Assembly (NCBI GenBank): GCA_007118095.1
Contig: SKSF01000102.1
Location: 531-64,530 of the forward strand
Origin: Dehalococcoidia bacterium
GTDB taxonomy: Bacteria; Chloroflexota; Dehalococcoidia; Tepidiformales; Tepidiformaceae
Reading direction: 5' to 3'
DNA: 64,000 bases
Shown: positions 61,726 to 64,000 of the stretch, piece by piece
Numbering within the stretch: the stretch's first letter is position 1
Layout of the letters: every line of letters begins with the position of its first letter
Position numbers and translations under genes: made by a program
Notes under the pieces: model-generated
What the model was told of the DNA's origin: nothing
Databases searched by the model: none
The model's input: the letters and a program-made list of their open reading frames with translations, nothing else

Positions 61726-64000
61726 TCAGCCTGCCAGTGCAGCGATGGTGACGCCGTCGCCGCCTTCGTTCGGTTTGCCCGCTTCGTAGTGGCGGACGAG
61801 CGGATTGCTTGCGAGCGCTTCGCGGATGGCGGAGCGGAGGGCGCCGGTCCCCTTGCCGTGAATGATACGTACCGACGGAAGCCCTGCACGAAATGCGTCG
61901 TCCAGGTAGGACTCGCAGCGGAGCACTGCCTCCTCGGCCCGCTGACCACGGAGGTCGAGCTCGACCGAAACGGGCGGACCAGCCGGTTCGGATCGGGGGA
62001 GTTCCACGCGTTCGCCGGCTGTTTTCGATTCGACGCCGGTGATGCGGTCAACGCTGACTTTCATGCGGAGCCCGCCGAACTGCACTTCGACACGGCCGTC
62101 TTCGCCGACGGGGCCGTTGACTTCGCCTTCCTGCGGGATATCGCGGACGCGGACGCGGTCACCTGGCTGCAGCTCACGCACCTGCGGGGGCGTCTCGACC
62201 GCCTTGCGCCGGGGTTTTTCGCGGGTGCGCATGTTGCCGATCTGCGAATCGATGCGCTTCAGCGTCTCGTCGGCGGCCTGGGGGTCGAAGCCAGAACGTG
62301 CCTGCCGGCGCTTCAATGATTCGATTTCGCCCCGGATCGCGGCAAGCTCCCGCTCGGCGTCGCGGCGGGCGTCTTCGAGGACCGAAATGCGTTCTTCGTC
62401 GATCTGATCGCGGTCGGCGGCCAGGCTGCGGCGGAGCTCTTCGCTTTCTTCGCGCGCCTGGCGTTCGCGGCGGTGGGCATCGGCAGCGGCGGCACGCTCG
62501 GACCGGATCTCGTCGAGCAGCCGTTCCATTTCGAAGTGCTCAGGGCCGAGCTGGTCCTCCGCCACCTGCAGAACCTCTTCGGAGAGGCCGAGCTGGCGCG
62601 CAATCGCCAGGGCGTTCGACTGGCCGGGAAGTCCGATCGTGAGCTTGTAGGTCGGGCTCAGCGACGCCACATCAAATTCCACATTGGCATTGCGCAGACG
62701 TGGCTCGTTGTGGGCGAAGACCTTGAGTTCGCCGTGATGGGTGGTAGCTACGAAAACGCATCCCCGGTCGAGCAAGGTCTGGATGACAGAGCGCGCGAGC
62801 GCCGCACCTTCAGCCGGGTCGGTGCCCGCGCCAAGCTCATCGAGGAGGACGAGCGTGTCTTCGCGGGCAACATCGAGGATGCCGATGATGTTGCTCATGT
62901 GCGACGAGAAGGTGGACAGGGACTGTTCGATCGACTGCTCGTCGCCGATGTCGGCATAGATATGTTCGAAAATGCGGAAGGTACTGCCACGGTCGCAGGG
63001 CACAGGGATTCCCGACTGGGCCATGAGCGTGTGCAGGCCCAGCGTCTTGAGCGCGACCGTTTTCCCGCCCGTGTTTGGCCCCGTGATGAGAATGCCCTGG
63101 AAGTCTCCGCCGACCTCCAGGTCGATGGGAACGACATTGCCAGTGAGCAGGGGATGGCGGCCACGGACGATGCGCGTGGCGCCGGTGTCGCTGAGCCAGG
63201 CGGCATCGTCAGCCGGTGCGGGCAGCTCGGCGTCTGCCCTGGCACCGTAACGCGCCTTGGCTGCGAGCTCATCGAGCTCGGCAAGCGCGCCCAGCGCCAT
63301 AGTGGCGTCTTCACCCATCCTGCCCAGGGTGTCGGTGAGACGCTGGAGGACACGGCGGACCTCGCGTTCCTCGGTCACCTGCAACTCTCGGACCTCGTTG
63401 CCGGACTCGACCACGCCCATCGGCTCGATGAACACGGTCGCGCCGCTCGACGAAACGTCATGGACAATGCCGGCGAGCTGCCCGCGCTGCTCGGCGCGCA
63501 CGGGGATGACTTTGCGGCCATTGCGCTCGGTGAGGACGGCGTCCTGCACAATACCGCGGCGGACAGCGTCCTGCATCGCGGACTGTGCACGCTGGTCGAG
63601 GCGTGCCTGGGCCTGGCGCAGCTCGCGGCGGGCGGTCGCCAACGCCTCGCTGGCGCTGTCGGCCACTTCGCCGCGGTCGGTGATGGCGGAATCGACGCCG
63701 TCGGTGAACAGGAAGAAGTCGGCAATGCGCTCGGCAATGGTGGCGAGGCGAGGCACGCGGTCGCGCAGCGGTTCGAGCAGGCGGCGGGCGCGAACACAGG
63801 TCTTGAGCGTGTTCGCCGTTTCGAGCAGCGCGCCCGGTTCCTGGATTTGACCTATTTCCGCAGCGCGCAGGGTTGGGCGGAGGTCGCGGGCGCCAGCGAA
63901 GGACACTTCAAGGCCCATCTCGTGGAGGCGCAGCATTTCGGCGGTTGCTGCCTGCATTTCGCGCACATCGCGTACACTTGTCCGGGGTGCGAGCGCGAGC
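61726..64000 (-). CDS. mutS2: Endonuclease MutS2 (MutS domain V ATPase plus C-terminal Smr), N-terminal ~45 aa beyond the right edge
   Basis: Walker A ITGPNTGGKT, STFSSHM, DELGAGTDP, long coiled coil, Smr domain (LDLRGQRAEEA...IIHGKGTGALR). The frame stays open from 63966 to the window end, and the alignment to MutS2 N-termini implies missing residues. Confidence 0.93.
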   Translation of the reverse strand, partial: LALAPRTSVRDVREMQAATAEMLRLHEMGLEVSFAGARDLRPTLRAAEIGQIQEPGALLETANTLKTCVRARRLLEPLRDRVPRLATIAERIADFFLFTDGVDSAITDRGEVADSASEALATARRELRQAQARLDQRAQSAMQDAVRRGIVQDAVLTERNGRKVIPVRAEQRGQLAGIVHDVSSSGATVFIEPMGVVESGNEVRELQVTEEREVRRVLQRLTDTLGRMGEDATMALGALAELDELAAKARYGARADAELPAPADDAAWLSDTGATRIVRGRHPLLTGNVVPIDLEVGGDFQGILITGPNTGGKTVALKTLGLHTLMAQSGIPVPCDRGSTFRIFEHIYADIGDEQSIEQSLSTFSSHMSNIIGILDVAREDTLVLLDELGAGTDPAEGAALARSVIQTLLDRGCVFVATTHHGELKVFAHNEPRLRNANVEFDVASLSPTYKLTIGLPGQSNALAIARQLGLSEEVLQVAEDQLGPEHFEMERLLDEIRSERAAAADAHRRERQAREESEELRRSLAADRDQIDEERISVLEDARRDAERELAAIRGEIESLKRRQARSGFDPQAADETLKRIDSQIGNMRTREKPRRKAVETPPQVRELQPGDRVRVRDIPQEGEVNGPVGEDGRVEVQFGGLRMKVSVDRITGVESKTAGERVELPRSEPAGPPVSVELDLRGQRAEEAVLRCESYLDDAFRAGLPSVRIIHGKGTGALRSAIREALASNPLVRHYEAGKPNEGGDGVTIAALAG

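Noticed and set aside
1-64000. CRISPR arrays, rRNA genes, intact IS elements, prophage or integrase genes, and Rubisco/nor/cobN-type clients for the AAA+/VWA pair
   Set aside because: I scanned the intergenic gaps by eye. None is longer than about 300 nt except 1746..2612, and no regularly spaced direct repeats or rRNA-like sequence were seen. No ORF shows integrase, phage or Rubisco/NorB/CobN motifs.

Overview
High-GC (about two-thirds G+C by eye) bacterial chromosomal segment. It is densely packed, with about 75 protein genes and one tRNA. There is no rRNA, no CRISPR array and no intact mobile element. All calls are by-eye motif recognition; no searches were run.

Most of the window is housekeeping:
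- Four aminoacyl-tRNA synthetases: serS, lysS, leuS, argS.
- Translation and transcription factors: infA, typA, greA.
- clpP, an arginine-biosynthesis operon (argC-argJ-argB-argD-x-argG), coaD, coaE, rsmD, rarA, mutS2 and the fused F420 FO-synthase fbiC.

Strong GGAGG-type Shine-Dalgarno sites, frequent 1-4 nt start/stop overlaps, FbiC, ArgJ and a bactofilin suggest a Chloroflexota (Thermomicrobia-like) or actinobacterial host. I cannot decide between these from sequence alone.

The six-frame track contains many very long antisense shadow ORFs, which are typical of high-GC DNA. I rejected them.

The most interesting locus is at 53.5-58.9 kb. It is a tightly spaced cassette of a CbbQ/NorQ-type AAA+ ATPase, a calcineurin-like metallophosphoesterase, and a 1089-aa CbbO/NorD-like protein (helical repeats, acidic linker, C-terminal VWA/MIDAS). 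No Rubisco, NO-reductase or chelatase client lies in the window. An overlapping toxin/antitoxin-like small gene pair with a DUF2283-like second member follows directly.

Other points worth a second look:
- Two CxxC..CxxC zinc-ribbon mini-genes, below the track's length cutoff, bracket a degenerate M28-peptidase-like gene.
- A decayed DUF4160/DUF2442 pair with two frameshifts.
- A tRNA-Asp-adjacent islet with an IS481-like transposase remnant.
- A 285-nt hairpin-rich leuS leader.
- A Nudix gene translationally coupled between lysS and serS.
- A GH18-like protein lacking the catalytic motif.
- A Cys-less thioredoxin-fold protein.
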